Shown here one piece after another: positions 8,796 to 17,825 of a DNA stretch of 64,000 bases. The position numbers and the translations under genes were made by a program. Source of the stretch: Lunatimonas sp. (GTDB taxonomy: Bacteria > Bacteroidota > Bacteroidia > Cytophagales > Cyclobacteriaceae). Below the pieces are notes generated by a model. The model was not told where the DNA came from, made no database searches, and saw only the letters and a program-made list of their open reading frames with translations. Every line of letters begins with the position of its first letter. The first letter of the stretch is position 1. Location of the stretch: contig NZ_JAFIEU010000022.1 in NCBI RefSeq assembly GCF_020832325.1, positions 12,692-76,691 of the forward strand. The letters run 5' to 3'.

Positions 8796-11231
8796 ATGAA
8801 ATTTTCTGCATTGTTCTTTTTTACTCTTTTGGCCTACTTACTTGGCCTAAGCGAATCCGCTGCACAGGCACCCCGCAATAGCTTAACCGGTACCGTGGTC
8901 ACCGTGGACGGGGAGGTTCTTCCGTTTGTCAATGTAGCCTTAAAGGAAAAATCAACCCATAACCTGATTACGGGAACGGTGACCGATGGAGAGGGCTACT
9001 TCCTCCTGAATGCAGGGTTTACCGGGGAAGCCTATTTGGAGATATCGAGCATCGGATACCTGACATTCCAGTCCGAAGTCCTGTCGCTGGATGGTACAGC
9101 AAAGCGGGATATGGGAGCTATCAAATTGGAGGAAGAGCTTTCTTCCCTCTCGGAAGTGACCGTAAGCGGCCTACGCGCTCAAGTAGTGTTCGACGCAGAT
9201 AAAACGGTCGTGAACGTAGAGGGTTCACCCCTAGCAGAGGGAAACACCGCCCTAGATGTAATCGGAAGATCTCCTGGAGTGTTTGTGGATAGCGATGGCA
9301 ACATTAACCTAAATGGCCGAAGCGGAGTAGTCGTGCTCATCGATGACCGACAAACCTATATGAGTGCAGAAGACTTGGCTAACTTTCTGCGGGCCATGCC
9401 TGCGGAAAATATCAAAAGCATCGAAGTGATCAACAATCCTTCGTCTCGATTTGACGCGGAAGGTGCTGCGGGTGTCATCAACCTTCGACTAAAGAAAAAC
9501 GATCTGAACGGCATGCACGGAAACCTTACGGCGGGTAGCAGATACAACGGGATTTATGCACCCAATCTGGGCGGAAGCCTTAACCTGAAGAAAGGAAAGT
9601 GGACGACCAATAGCAACCTGAACTACAACGAGTGGGCGCAGTACAATGACCTGGAAATCCTTCGAAGGTTTCAGGTTACAGAGGGAGTTTCTGCATTTGA
9701 CCAAGTAGCAAGGTTAAAGCTGGTACGGAAAAACCTGTTTTTTAACGGAGGAGCGGATTATCAGATTAATGCGCAGCATAGCGTTGGGGTAAATTTGCAG
9801 GCCTCCAGGCAGGACGGGACAGAGGACGGCTTGTCCAATACGGCGATTTCCAACCCCACGAATTCAGCCATTCAGCACCTAAGAGCCATCAATGACAGCC
9901 ACTCGGATAATTCCAGGTACTTTGTAAACCTACACTACGTAGGTGCACTGGACACCTTGGGTACCAAGCTGACTTCCGACCTGGATTTTACGCTTATGGA
10001 CGCAGGCAGCCTCAGTCTATTGACCAATCGTTACTGGACAGACGATCAGTTTGAATCAGGCAATTTGAATCGGATTTTGACCGGCAACGAGATGACCTAT
10101 ACCATCTTGACTTCCAAAGTAGATTTTACCAAGCCGTTGAAAAAGGGGCGTACGCTTGAGTTGGGGGTAAAGGGTAGCTGGGTAAAGTCAGACAATGACC
10201 TGCAGATTGCCAAGAGTGAAGAAGAAGGCGGCTTCGAACCGGATCCCAACAGCAATCGATTTATCTATCACGAGCAGGTATTGGCGGGGTATGGCAATTA
10301 CAAAACTAAGGTAGGAAGCAAACTGGACCTTCAGGCAGGTCTTAGGATGGAATACTCCGATATCCTGGGTAACAGTGTTACCATGAACCGAAAAAATGCA
10401 CAGCAATACCTGGACTTCTTCCCCAGTGTCAGCTTGCAACAGAAGGTAAGCGATAACTACCAGATTGGTTACACCGTCAATAGGCGGATTACGCGTCCAA
10501 ACTACCGTTTGTTGAATCCGTTTATCTTTTACATAGACCCATTGACCGTGGAGCAGGGAAACCCCAATCTGACCCCTCAGTATGCGACCAACCTGGAGAT
10601 GAACCATACGATCAAAGGCATGTATCAGGTCAGCTTGGGATACTCGAGGACGGAAAATGCCTTTGGGCAGATCATGGTACAGGATGACGAAACCCGCAGA
10701 ACGGCCATTCAGATCCAAAACCTGGACGTGACGACCAACCTGAATCTCCGGCTGATCGTACCTGTAGAATTCGCGCCATGGTACACAACCAATCATACGC
10801 TGCAAGTCAGTAACAACACGTTTCAGTCTCAATTGGGAAGTGAAATGCTGGACGTAAGTCAGGTGTCACTGATGGCTAGAACACAGCACAACCTGTCACT
10901 TACCAAGGGCTGGAAAGTGGAAGTAGTGGGCATGTACTTAAGCAAAAACCGCTTTGGTCAGATGGTGCTAAACCCGGTGGCCTGGCTGGATGCCGGTGTG
11001 ACCAAAAGCTTCAAAGACGATCAGTGGAGTGTCAGCCTAAACGGAACGGACCTGCTTAGAAGCCAAAGATTTACCGGAAATATTCTGTTTGACCAGATCA
11101 ATACAGATGTGGCCCAATACAATAATATACAGTCCGTACGTCTGGGAATTCGGTGGAAATTTTCGCAGGGAGAAAATTTCAGGGTGTCGCAGCGAAGTGG
11201 AAGTGCAGAAGAACGAAACCGATTAGACTAA
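8796..11231 (+). CDS. TonB-dependent-receptor-like outer-membrane beta-barrel protein with N-terminal CarboxypepD_reg-like domain
   Basis: The signal peptide is 'MKFSALFFFTLLAYLLGLSESAAQ', with the ATG at 8796. 'LTGTVVTVDGEVLPFVNVALKE...TGTVTDGEGYFLL' is a CarboxypepD_reg-like domain and 'IKSIEVINNPSSRFDAEGAAGVINLRLKK' is a plug-like segment. A long beta-strand-rich C-terminus ends 'GIRWKF...'. Confidence 0.8.
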   Translation: MKFSALFFFTLLAYLLGLSESAAQAPRNSLTGTVVTVDGEVLPFVNVALKEKSTHNLITGTVTDGEGYFLLNAGFTGEAYLEISSIGYLTFQSEVLSLDGTAKRDMGAIKLEEELSSLSEVTVSGLRAQVVFDADKTVVNVEGSPLAEGNTALDVIGRSPGVFVDSDGNINLNGRSGVVVLIDDRQTYMSAEDLANFLRAMPAENIKSIEVINNPSSRFDAEGAAGVINLRLKKNDLNGMHGNLTAGSRYNGIYAPNLGGSLNLKKGKWTTNSNLNYNEWAQYNDLEILRRFQVTEGVSAFDQVARLKLVRKNLFFNGGADYQINAQHSVGVNLQASRQDGTEDGLSNTAISNPTNSAIQHLRAINDSHSDNSRYFVNLHYVGALDTLGTKLTSDLDFTLMDAGSLSLLTNRYWTDDQFESGNLNRILTGNEMTYTILTSKVDFTKPLKKGRTLELGVKGSWVKSDNDLQIAKSEEEGGFEPDPNSNRFIYHEQVLAGYGNYKTKVGSKLDLQAGLRMEYSDILGNSVTMNRKNAQQYLDFFPSVSLQQKVSDNYQIGYTVNRRITRPNYRLLNPFIFYIDPLTVEQGNPNLTPQYATNLEMNHTIKGMYQVSLGYSRTENAFGQIMVQDDETRRTAIQIQNLDVTTNLNLRLIVPVEFAPWYTTNHTLQVSNNTFQSQLGSEMLDVSQVSLMARTQHNLSLTKGWKVEVVGMYLSKNRFGQMVLNPVAWLDAGVTKSFKDDQWSVSLNGTDLLRSQRFTGNILFDQINTDVAQYNNIQSVRLGIRWKFSQGENFRVSQRSGSAEERNRLD

Positions 11232-11248
11232 CCGGTGGCGGGAAAGAC

Positions 11249-11280
11249 AATCGCCTGTTCCTTCGATGGGACAGGCGATT
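11249..11280. terminator. hairpin between convergent genes (possible bidirectional terminator)
   Basis: A 10-bp perfect stem, aatcgcctgt / acaggcgatt, with a 12-nt loop. Only a weak U-tract follows on either strand. Confidence 0.45.
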
Positions 11281-11286
11281 TTCAGG

Positions 11287-11751
11287 TTATAGAAAGTGGT
11301 ACAGAAATATCAAGTTTGCCGCGAGAGCAGGTTTTTTCTCGCCTTTTATTTCAATTTTGACCTTCATTTCCGTTTTGATGGTGCCCCGCAGATCACTGAT
11401 ATTGGCTAGTGAGGCGTGCATCCGGATTTCGTCGTTCACTTTGACGGGGTTGGCAAACCGCAGGTTTTCGATGCCATAGTTGACCATCATCTTGAGGTTT
11501 TTCACCGTCACAATCTGATCCCATAAGTAAGGTACTAGTGACAGGGTGAGGTAGCCATGTGCAATGGTTCCCCCGAATGCGCCTTCCTCCTTGGCCCGTT
11601 TGGGATCGATGTGAATCCACTGATGATCCAGCGTAGCGTCCGCGAATAAGTTAACTTGCTCTTGTGTGACTTTATGGTATTCCGATACGCCTAAATCTTG
11701 GCCTACGTAGGCTAAGAAACCCTCGTAACTGTCGATGACTAGCTGACTCAT
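11287..11751 (-). CDS. MaoC-family (R)-specific enoyl-CoA hydratase/dehydratase
   Basis: 'VTQEQVNLFADATLDHQWIHIDPKRAKEEGAFGGTIAHGYLTLSL' is the hot-dog-fold MaoC hydratase motif. Confidence 0.85.
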   Translation of the reverse strand: MSQLVIDSYEGFLAYVGQDLGVSEYHKVTQEQVNLFADATLDHQWIHIDPKRAKEEGAFGGTIAHGYLTLSLVPYLWDQIVTVKNLKMMVNYGIENLRFANPVKVNDEIRMHASLANISDLRGTIKTEMKVKIEIKGEKKPALAANLIFLYHFL

Positions 11752-11874
11752 GCTAAAATAGATTTTTAAGGTGAAAATAGATGAGGTAAAAGAAATATTC
11801 CCAATGGGACGTTGAAGTATTCACATCGTGGCATTGGCAGACCAACGTATGCTGGCACGCAAGTTAACGGAACT

Positions 11875-12951
11875 TTACCAAATATTTTTTCCGATGGTAG
11901 GAAAAATGAGCTTACCACTAATTTTGTCTTCATTTTCGAGAAGGATGTCCAGTGGCTCCATCAGGGGTTCATCTGACAAATCGAAGGTGCCAAAATGCAT
12001 CGGAAAAAAATGCCCTGCCCCTAGCTCATTAAACACCCGAATGGCATCTGTAGGGCTGATATGGGATTGGTGCATAAACCATTCCGGCTTGAAGGCACCT
12101 ACTCCCATAAGTGCATATTCCGGACTGCCCATCACTGCTTGGATATCCCTAAAATGAGGTCCGTAGCCACTGTCTCCCATAAAATACACTGAGGTATCCG
12201 CAAATCGGAAAAAGAATCCACCCCAAAGACTTTCGTTTTCATCCATCAATCCCCGTCTTGACCAGTGCCGCGTGGGCACGTAAACTACCTGAATGGAAGC
12301 GTCTGGGAGATCGTATTGTTGGAACCAACCGGCCTCTTGAATCTTATGACTCTCCAGCCAGGGCCTTAGCACTTCGCCAATCCCAAGGCCAGTAAGCACC
12401 ACCATTTTCGGATTTTGGGATGCAAGGTATTCCACGGTAGATTGATCGCAATGGTCGCGGTGATTGTGGGAAACAAGCAGGTAGTCGATTTCCGGCAATT
12501 CGGATAGGGATAGAGGCATCTCGGATTGCCTTTTCAGGAAAAAATTGTCGATCAAGATGGGATCTATCAAAAAAGTCACCCCTTGCTTTTTCATCAAAAA
12601 ACTGGCATGACCCAGCCAAATTAGATAGTCTCCTGTGTCTTTTATCAACTCATGGGCAGCCTCCACCGACAGCTTCCGATTGTCAGACTTTTTCGCTTCT
12701 CGCTGTGGGTTAGGGGATAGTTTCCATTTCAGCAAATCTGAAAATCGGGAATCAAAGGGTTGGTACAAATTACGGAATTTGCCATCCGATCCCTTGGGTG
12801 TACCTTTCCATTCAGGAAGGTCGTTTACTGTCCGTAGCTGTTCGTTATAGACATACCCGACTTCGTCAGCGTTTCGTTTACTGCCCATAAAAGGAATGGT
12901 CCCAATCACCACTATGGAGATTATCGATAGGAAAAAATAGTTTCGTTTCAT
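11875..12951 (-). CDS. MBL-fold metallo-hydrolase (NAPE-PLD-like)
   Basis: 'YLLVSHNHRDHCD' is the HxHxDH metal motif, and 'WLGHASFLMK' and 'GDSGYGPHF' are also present. There is an N-terminal signal/TM segment. Confidence 0.8.
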   Translation of the reverse strand: MKRNYFFLSIISIVVIGTIPFMGSKRNADEVGYVYNEQLRTVNDLPEWKGTPKGSDGKFRNLYQPFDSRFSDLLKWKLSPNPQREAKKSDNRKLSVEAAHELIKDTGDYLIWLGHASFLMKKQGVTFLIDPILIDNFFLKRQSEMPLSLSELPEIDYLLVSHNHRDHCDQSTVEYLASQNPKMVVLTGLGIGEVLRPWLESHKIQEAGWFQQYDLPDASIQVVYVPTRHWSRRGLMDENESLWGGFFFRFADTSVYFMGDSGYGPHFRDIQAVMGSPEYALMGVGAFKPEWFMHQSHISPTDAIRVFNELGAGHFFPMHFGTFDLSDEPLMEPLDILLENEDKISGKLIFPTIGKNIW

Positions 12952-12988
12952 TCACTAAGTCTTTTACAGGCATTCCTACTGCGCGGTG

Positions 12989-13225
12989 TCAAGACGCCCT
13001 GAGCAACGTTTCGATAAGCTCAGAGGGGGTTTGTATTTTGGCGATCTTTTCGTCTTCCAACTCTCTTTTTAATTCGGACTCCAATTCATAAATCAAACCA
13101 GATACAAATACCTTGTCCATCTTGAGGTCATTGTAAAAATTTGCGCCCTTACGTTTTCCGGTCAAGGGAATGCCATAGGATTCAAAAACCCTGATAGCTT
13201 TGCGCAGTGCCTTGATATTTTTCAT
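12989..13225 (-). CDS. small ACP-like (acyl-carrier-fold) protein lacking the phosphopantetheine serine
   Basis: A 78-aa ORF. 'ANFYNDLKMDKVFVSGLIYELESELKRELEDEKIAKIQTPSELIETL' aligns without gaps to E. coli ACP '[47 protein letters not shown]', as recalled from memory. I count 16/47 identities, with D-K in place of the D-S attachment site. Confidence 0.45.
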   Translation of the reverse strand: MKNIKALRKAIRVFESYGIPLTGKRKGANFYNDLKMDKVFVSGLIYELESELKRELEDEKIAKIQTPSELIETLLRAS

Positions 13226-13629
13226 AGTTAATGTTTGGTTTAGTTGTTCCTTAGACGAAAAAAAAGTGTGTTTTGTTTTGTTAAGGTGTTAAAAAACGTG
13301 AATTATTTATGAATAACTGAAAACCCGCTTCGTGGGTCAAGCCGTCCCCGCAACAAAATGAAATACAATCGGTTAAAAATTTGCACAGAGTCCTATGCCC
13401 TGCTCCAGTTGATACAGTTCGATCCTATTACCACGCCGGTACATGGTACCTCCACCCAGTTCTTTTGGCATCGTTCACCACTCGTTCCGCACTAAGTTTT
13501 CATTCATAACAAGCAAGGAATTAGCCTGTATTTGCCAAAGATCCAAACGAATGGTCGGTGAAAGTTGTTTTTCTAGGCTACAGGCATCACCGTCCGAATC
13601 GACCAAGGATCTTAGAAAAACGCACATCT

Positions 13630-14136
13630 ATGTCAACTACAGGTACCTATTTGGAAAGCACCATCCAGCTATTTAGAGATTATAAAGCCATGGGAGAAAA
13701 AGCCATGAGCCAAATTCCATCCGAGAAGCTATTCTACCAGTTCAATGAGGATAGCAATTCCGTGGCTATGCTAGTCAACCACCTCAACGGCAATATGCTG
13801 TCCCGTTGGACAGATTTTTTGCAAAGCAATGGTGAAAAGCCCTGGAGGGAACGAGATGCCGAATTTGAGCCATTTCTCGATTCTGAAGCCAAGATGTGGG
13901 AAAAGTGGGAGGAAGGATGGGCTTGTTTTTTTGCAGCAGTAGAACCGCTTCAGGAGGCAGACCTGGTGAAAATAGTGCGGATTGGGCACAAAGACCACAC
14001 TGTGGTAGACGCAATCAGCCGTCAACTGGCGCACTACGCGGCCCATATCGGACAGATTGTTTACTTGGCAAAGATCCTCTCGGAAACCCCTTGGCAAAGC
14101 CTCAGTGTACCAAAAGGAAAATCACCCCGCTACTAA
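13630..14136 (+). CDS. DinB-superfamily / DUF1572-like protein
   Basis: The start is set at the ATG at 13630 ('MSTTGTYLESTIQLFRDY...'). The pattern 'NSVAMLVNHLNGNMLSRWTDFL...ERDAEF...HYAAHIGQIVYLAK' is the four-helix DinB-like arrangement of His residues. Confidence 0.7.
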   Translation: MSTTGTYLESTIQLFRDYKAMGEKAMSQIPSEKLFYQFNEDSNSVAMLVNHLNGNMLSRWTDFLQSNGEKPWRERDAEFEPFLDSEAKMWEKWEEGWACFFAAVEPLQEADLVKIVRIGHKDHTVVDAISRQLAHYAAHIGQIVYLAKILSETPWQSLSVPKGKSPRY

Positions 14137-14148
14137 GCGGAATACATG

Positions 14149-15006
14149 TTACTCCCGGAAAAATTCCTCAAAGATTCCGTCGATTTGAAAAATTCGAACT
14201 CCGTTCTGTTTCATGCCAGTTGTTTTTTCCAAGGCAGTCACCATGAGTGAGGCTTCGGGGTATAGAAAGGCATTGATTGCCGCTACAGCCATGATGCCTT
14301 CCTCATCAGCCCAAACGACATCGTCAGCGGAAATATCCCTGGAGAAAAGATAATAGTGGTCTGGCCGGTAATCAGCCCGTGAGCGGTTGGCTTCTAGTTG
14401 GGCCCTCGAACAGCTTAGCCGTACTTTCCCGGTAAAAAACTCGGTGGATTCACTGCTACCTATCATCAAGGCATTTTTGCGTAGGCTATAGGTATCCAGC
14501 AAATCCACAACCTCCCTGAAAATTCCCTCATCAAAACCGGAAATCTTATTATCAAGCATGACGTCAATACTGCCTGCACATACGGCGAGGGCTTCCTCCA
14601 GCCTCAATACGCGGTATCCGGAAGGATGCTCCAGTTGGCGTATTTCCTCCCAGGTCATCTCACTGACCAGCCGGTCCACGTTAAAGTACCTTCTAAAATG
14701 CGCATCGTGCTGGGTAATCAACACGCTATCTTTCGTCAGCCGCAGGTCAATTTCCACCATTTGATAACCCCGTTCGATGGCCGTTTCCAGTGCAGCCAAG
14801 CTATTTTCTGGAGCATCCGGCCCAACCACCCCGCCTCGGTGGGCAATCAACGTATAGGGATGAAACGGATTGATTTGCTGTCCAAAACAGAGCGCATGGA
14901 ATTGGAAAAATAACAAAAGAAGAAATATACTGGTCTTGGCTTTCACGATGCAGGCACGATGGTTTGAGCACCTGAATTTACAAGGATTCACGAAATTATT
15001 GGGCAA
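14149..15006 (-). CDS. glycerophosphodiester phosphodiesterase family protein
   Basis: 'IAHRGGVVGPDAPENSLAALETAIERGYQMVEIDLRLTKDSVLITQHD' is the GDPD signature. An alternative GTG start at 14946 would place the signal peptide at the N-terminus. Confidence 0.85.
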   Translation of the reverse strand: MPNNFVNPCKFRCSNHRACIVKAKTSIFLLLLFFQFHALCFGQQINPFHPYTLIAHRGGVVGPDAPENSLAALETAIERGYQMVEIDLRLTKDSVLITQHDAHFRRYFNVDRLVSEMTWEEIRQLEHPSGYRVLRLEEALAVCAGSIDVMLDNKISGFDEGIFREVVDLLDTYSLRKNALMIGSSESTEFFTGKVRLSCSRAQLEANRSRADYRPDHYYLFSRDISADDVVWADEEGIMAVAAINAFLYPEASLMVTALEKTTGMKQNGVRIFQIDGIFEEFFRE

Positions 15007-15040
15007 CTGCGGGCACCTATTTTCGATCAGAGCAATCGTC

Positions 15041-16783
15041 CTAAAAATAGATCATCAAGCCGCCGGATAATCCCGCGTACAGGAAATAGCTGTTGGTGTT
15101 GCCGTGGTATTCCTGAAAGGTCCATCCCCTCAACCGGTCGAAAGCCCCATCATCCAGTACCGCGAGGCTCAGCGAAGGGGCTAAAAATACCGTCGTCCGG
15201 GAGTTCAGGCGTAGGCGGGGAATGGCCCGCATGCTGGAGTAGTGATTGGTTACGGTCTTGAAGTCGGTGGCTGTTCGATGCACCCACTCCATGTCCAACC
15301 CCACGTTGCCTGCTTCCAGTAAGTAAACCCCAAATCCTATATCGTAAGCGTGGGGAGTATATGGATTTCCGATTAAATGGGCATACCCCAGTAGGCCGTA
15401 AAGCTTTGTTCCGCCTGTTCGGAGAGTCAACTGGGCTGCTCCCATCTCATCGACACCTACGGCTAGGCTTTTACTCCCTGTTTTTACCCAGTTGACCAAT
15501 CCGATGGGATAGGCGGAGCTGTCGGCAATATTGATCAACCCCAGCTGTAAGTTGCTTACTGTCGTGGCGCGGTTTACGATTCCGCTAACTTGTGCCTTAG
15601 CAGTCCCCTTGGCTCGATTGGATATTCCGGATACCTGAACGCTGCCATGGGCTTCGGTCGTATTGACAATTCCGGCTACTTGGGTACCGGTGGCCTGTCC
15701 GCCTCGATTGGCGATTCCTGCAAGTTGATGCTGCACCAGGCTGTCGGAATGGTTGATAACTCCAGCGATCTGAATGCCCCTTGCGTGGTTATATGAGCGG
15801 TTGTGGATACCGGAAACTTGCAAACCCGTTTGTTGCCCATATACCCGGTTATGAATACCGGCTACTTGAAATCCGCTTACCGATCCCCCGACCAGATTCG
15901 CGATCCCGGCAATTTGAGCGCCTTTCATATCCAGTCGGTTGATGTTGAAAATACCGGCTGTTTCGAAACCCTCGGTACCTGCTGAATAGCCCCCGATCAG
16001 GTTCAGCGAAAATTTATTGACCATCTGACTACCGAATACCCCCTGAGATCCAATACCCGGCACCAGCGACATTTGGTAAGGACTCTCTCCAAAGAATCCC
16101 CCCAAATTGATACGCTGTAGACGCTGCCGCATCCCAATAAATAAGCGCCCAAAAAGGCTTTGCTCTAGGTCTGTGGAGGCGTCACTCTCGGGCCGGAAAC
16201 GTAATCTGCCGCCCTTTGCGTGGGCGCTGATGTCCACCGTTGGCAATACCACGAAGCTAGTGTCGCGAAACCCTTCTTTGCTAAGCGTGATCCAGATGGT
16301 TTGCCCAGGTCTACGGAGTTTTAGCTCGAAGCTCCCTATTTCGTCGCTAAGGGTAGAAGTAAGTTGGTTTCGTTCGTATACACTGGCGTATTGTACTGGC
16401 TCACCGTTATCCTGTCGAGTGATCGTTCCGGTTACTATCGCTTGGCCGCCCCGTTGATCTATTTCGGTATCCACCTGCAATCGCTTCGGTGCGAAACGGA
16501 CGATGACATACCCCGGCATTTCCTTGAACTCGTATTCACTTCCAAATACCGATTCAAGCAACCTGTACATTTTTCCTGAGAACGGCTCCGAGTCTTGAAT
16601 AAACTCGGGGGGCAAAGCCGCACTGGGATAGGAAAAAAAGAAGCCGTGCTGCCGTTCCAGTTGATCGAGTACCTCCGCCATCGATCCGTGTTGTTCCCAT
16701 CGTACGGTAACCTCCAAGTCCAAATAACCCTGTCCCCAAGAGGACGCGGAAAAAAGCCAGAAAATGCCCAGCATGATCTGCAT
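15041..16783 (-). CDS. STN-domain + CarboxypepD_reg-like + repeat-array outer-membrane protein (not a TonB-dependent transporter)
   Basis: The start is taken at 'MQIMLGIFWLFSASSWGQ' (16783). 'VRWEQHGSMAEVLDQLERQHGFFFSY' is STN-like. 'IVTGTITRQDNGEPVQYASVYE....SDEIGSFEL' is CarboxypepD_reg-like. About 9 repeats of roughly 16 aa follow, then a beta-rich C-terminus ending in '...GGLMIYF' (terminal Phe). Confidence 0.75.
   Translation of the reverse strand: MQIMLGIFWLFSASSWGQGYLDLEVTVRWEQHGSMAEVLDQLERQHGFFFSYPSAALPPEFIQDSEPFSGKMYRLLESVFGSEYEFKEMPGYVIVRFAPKRLQVDTEIDQRGGQAIVTGTITRQDNGEPVQYASVYERNQLTSTLSDEIGSFELKLRRPGQTIWITLSKEGFRDTSFVVLPTVDISAHAKGGRLRFRPESDASTDLEQSLFGRLFIGMRQRLQRINLGGFFGESPYQMSLVPGIGSQGVFGSQMVNKFSLNLIGGYSAGTEGFETAGIFNINRLDMKGAQIAGIANLVGGSVSGFQVAGIHNRVYGQQTGLQVSGIHNRSYNHARGIQIAGVINHSDSLVQHQLAGIANRGGQATGTQVAGIVNTTEAHGSVQVSGISNRAKGTAKAQVSGIVNRATTVSNLQLGLINIADSSAYPIGLVNWVKTGSKSLAVGVDEMGAAQLTLRTGGTKLYGLLGYAHLIGNPYTPHAYDIGFGVYLLEAGNVGLDMEWVHRTATDFKTVTNHYSSMRAIPRLRLNSRTTVFLAPSLSLAVLDDGAFDRLRGWTFQEYHGNTNSYFLYAGLSGGLMIYF
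15491..16012 (-). repeat. intragenic tandem array of ~16-residue GxQ[VI][AS]GIxN repeats
   Basis: The array reads 'GAQIAGIANLVGGSVS GFQVAGIHNRVYGQQT GLQVSGIHNRSYNHAR GIQIAGVINHSDSLVQ HQLAGIANRGGQAT GTQVAGIVNTTEAHGS VQVSGISNRAKGTAK AQVSGIVNRATTVSN LQLGLINIADSSAY PIGLVN'. It was taken directly from the translated ORF. Confidence 0.85.
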
Positions 16784-16853
16784 TTGAAATTTGGGAAATA
16801 GGAGAACATTTCTCATTGCCAACAAACGTACTATTGAGTTGCAAAAGTAACGC

Positions 16854-17825
16854 TTATTGGAGGATAATCAGGTTTCCCTCTTTCAGGATTTCCAGGCCTA
16901 GCGTTTCTTTAAGTACCTCTAGGTTTTGTTGCAGCGATTCAAATGGGAGCGTGGTGGAAATAGGGGTTTGCTCAAGCTCGGTTCCTCGGATTCGAATGGC
17001 CTGTCCATAGGCTTGCGACATCGTGGCTACCAGATCAGCAAGTGGCGTACCCTCTGCTACAAAATGTTTAGTGACATAATACTTGTGTAGCTGACTGATC
17101 GTGCGGCTTTTCTGTAGCGTCTGACCTGCAACCATACGGGCTGTTTCTCCCGGCTCCAGCAACAGCTTATTCTCGCCACTTTCTACTTGTACCGATCCGC
17201 GGTCGAGAATAACCTCCTCGTCGCCATCAGCAATACGCACGTGGAATTCCGTACCTAACACCCGGATGCTTAGGTTGTTGCCGTGAACCACAAAGGGCCG
17301 GTCGGCGGCATGTGCAACGTCAAAATAGGCCTCGCCTTTCAGCAGCCAAACCTTCCGTTCCCGGGAAAATAACGGTTGGGAATAAGCCAGTTTTGCGCCG
17401 GTATTTAGGGTTACCTTCGAACCATCGAGAAGCACCTCTTCGAGGGCAGCGCCCGGTGCCTCTAGGGCGACTTGCCCGAAATAGGCCTTGCCTTGATGGG
17501 GTAGTAAATAGCTTGAGGCCCACAGTAACCCCAGAGCCAAGCACACTGAGGCAGCCACCCGCGCCCAAGAACCCCGCCAAATAAAACGGGTAACGGGTGT
17601 TTTCACCGCTGCCTTTCGCTCTAAAAACCGTTGCCAGGCCTGTTCCGGATCGATCTTGCTGCGGTTTTTTAGCGACTCGCTTTGCCGCCAGATCCAATGG
17701 ATGGTCTCCAATTTTTGCCGGTTCTCAGGTCCTTGATCCAACCAGCGCCGAATGCGCTGCTCCTCTTCCGGTTCGCATTCGCCCAGCAGGTATTTTATCA
17801 GGATTTCTTCGTTCACAGTTTCCAT
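16854..17825 (-). CDS. FecR-family anti-sigma / transmembrane sensor protein
   Basis: 'LIKYLLGECEPEEEQRIRRWL' is the anti-sigma N-terminal helix, followed by a single TM segment 'WARVAASVCLALGLLWASSYLL'. The periplasmic part, 'VWLLKGEAYFDVAHAADRPFVVHGNNLSIRVLGTEF', is the FecR domain. The gene overlaps the sigma gene by 13 bp. Confidence 0.85.
   Translation of the reverse strand: METVNEEILIKYLLGECEPEEEQRIRRWLDQGPENRQKLETIHWIWRQSESLKNRSKIDPEQAWQRFLERKAAVKTPVTRFIWRGSWARVAASVCLALGLLWASSYLLPHQGKAYFGQVALEAPGAALEEVLLDGSKVTLNTGAKLAYSQPLFSRERKVWLLKGEAYFDVAHAADRPFVVHGNNLSIRVLGTEFHVRIADGDEEVILDRGSVQVESGENKLLLEPGETARMVAGQTLQKSRTISQLHKYYVTKHFVAEGTPLADLVATMSQAYGQAIRIRGTELEQTPISTTLPFESLQQNLEVLKETLGLEILKEGNLIILQ

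Noticed and set aside
10188-10832. A 214-aa minus-strand ORF inside the TonB-dependent-receptor-like gene.
   Set aside because: It is antisense to a long ORF that has a signal peptide and plug/barrel features. It has no motifs of its own.
13226-13629. A 400-bp intergenic region containing 'cagttcgatcct', which resembles a tRNA T-arm (13416-13427), and a ggtac-atg-gtacc palindrome.
   Set aside because: I could not fold flanking bases into a T-stem, acceptor stem or anticodon arm. No cloverleaf forms, so no tRNA or tRNA-derived att site is claimed. The 77-aa ORF 13443..13676 has no support either.
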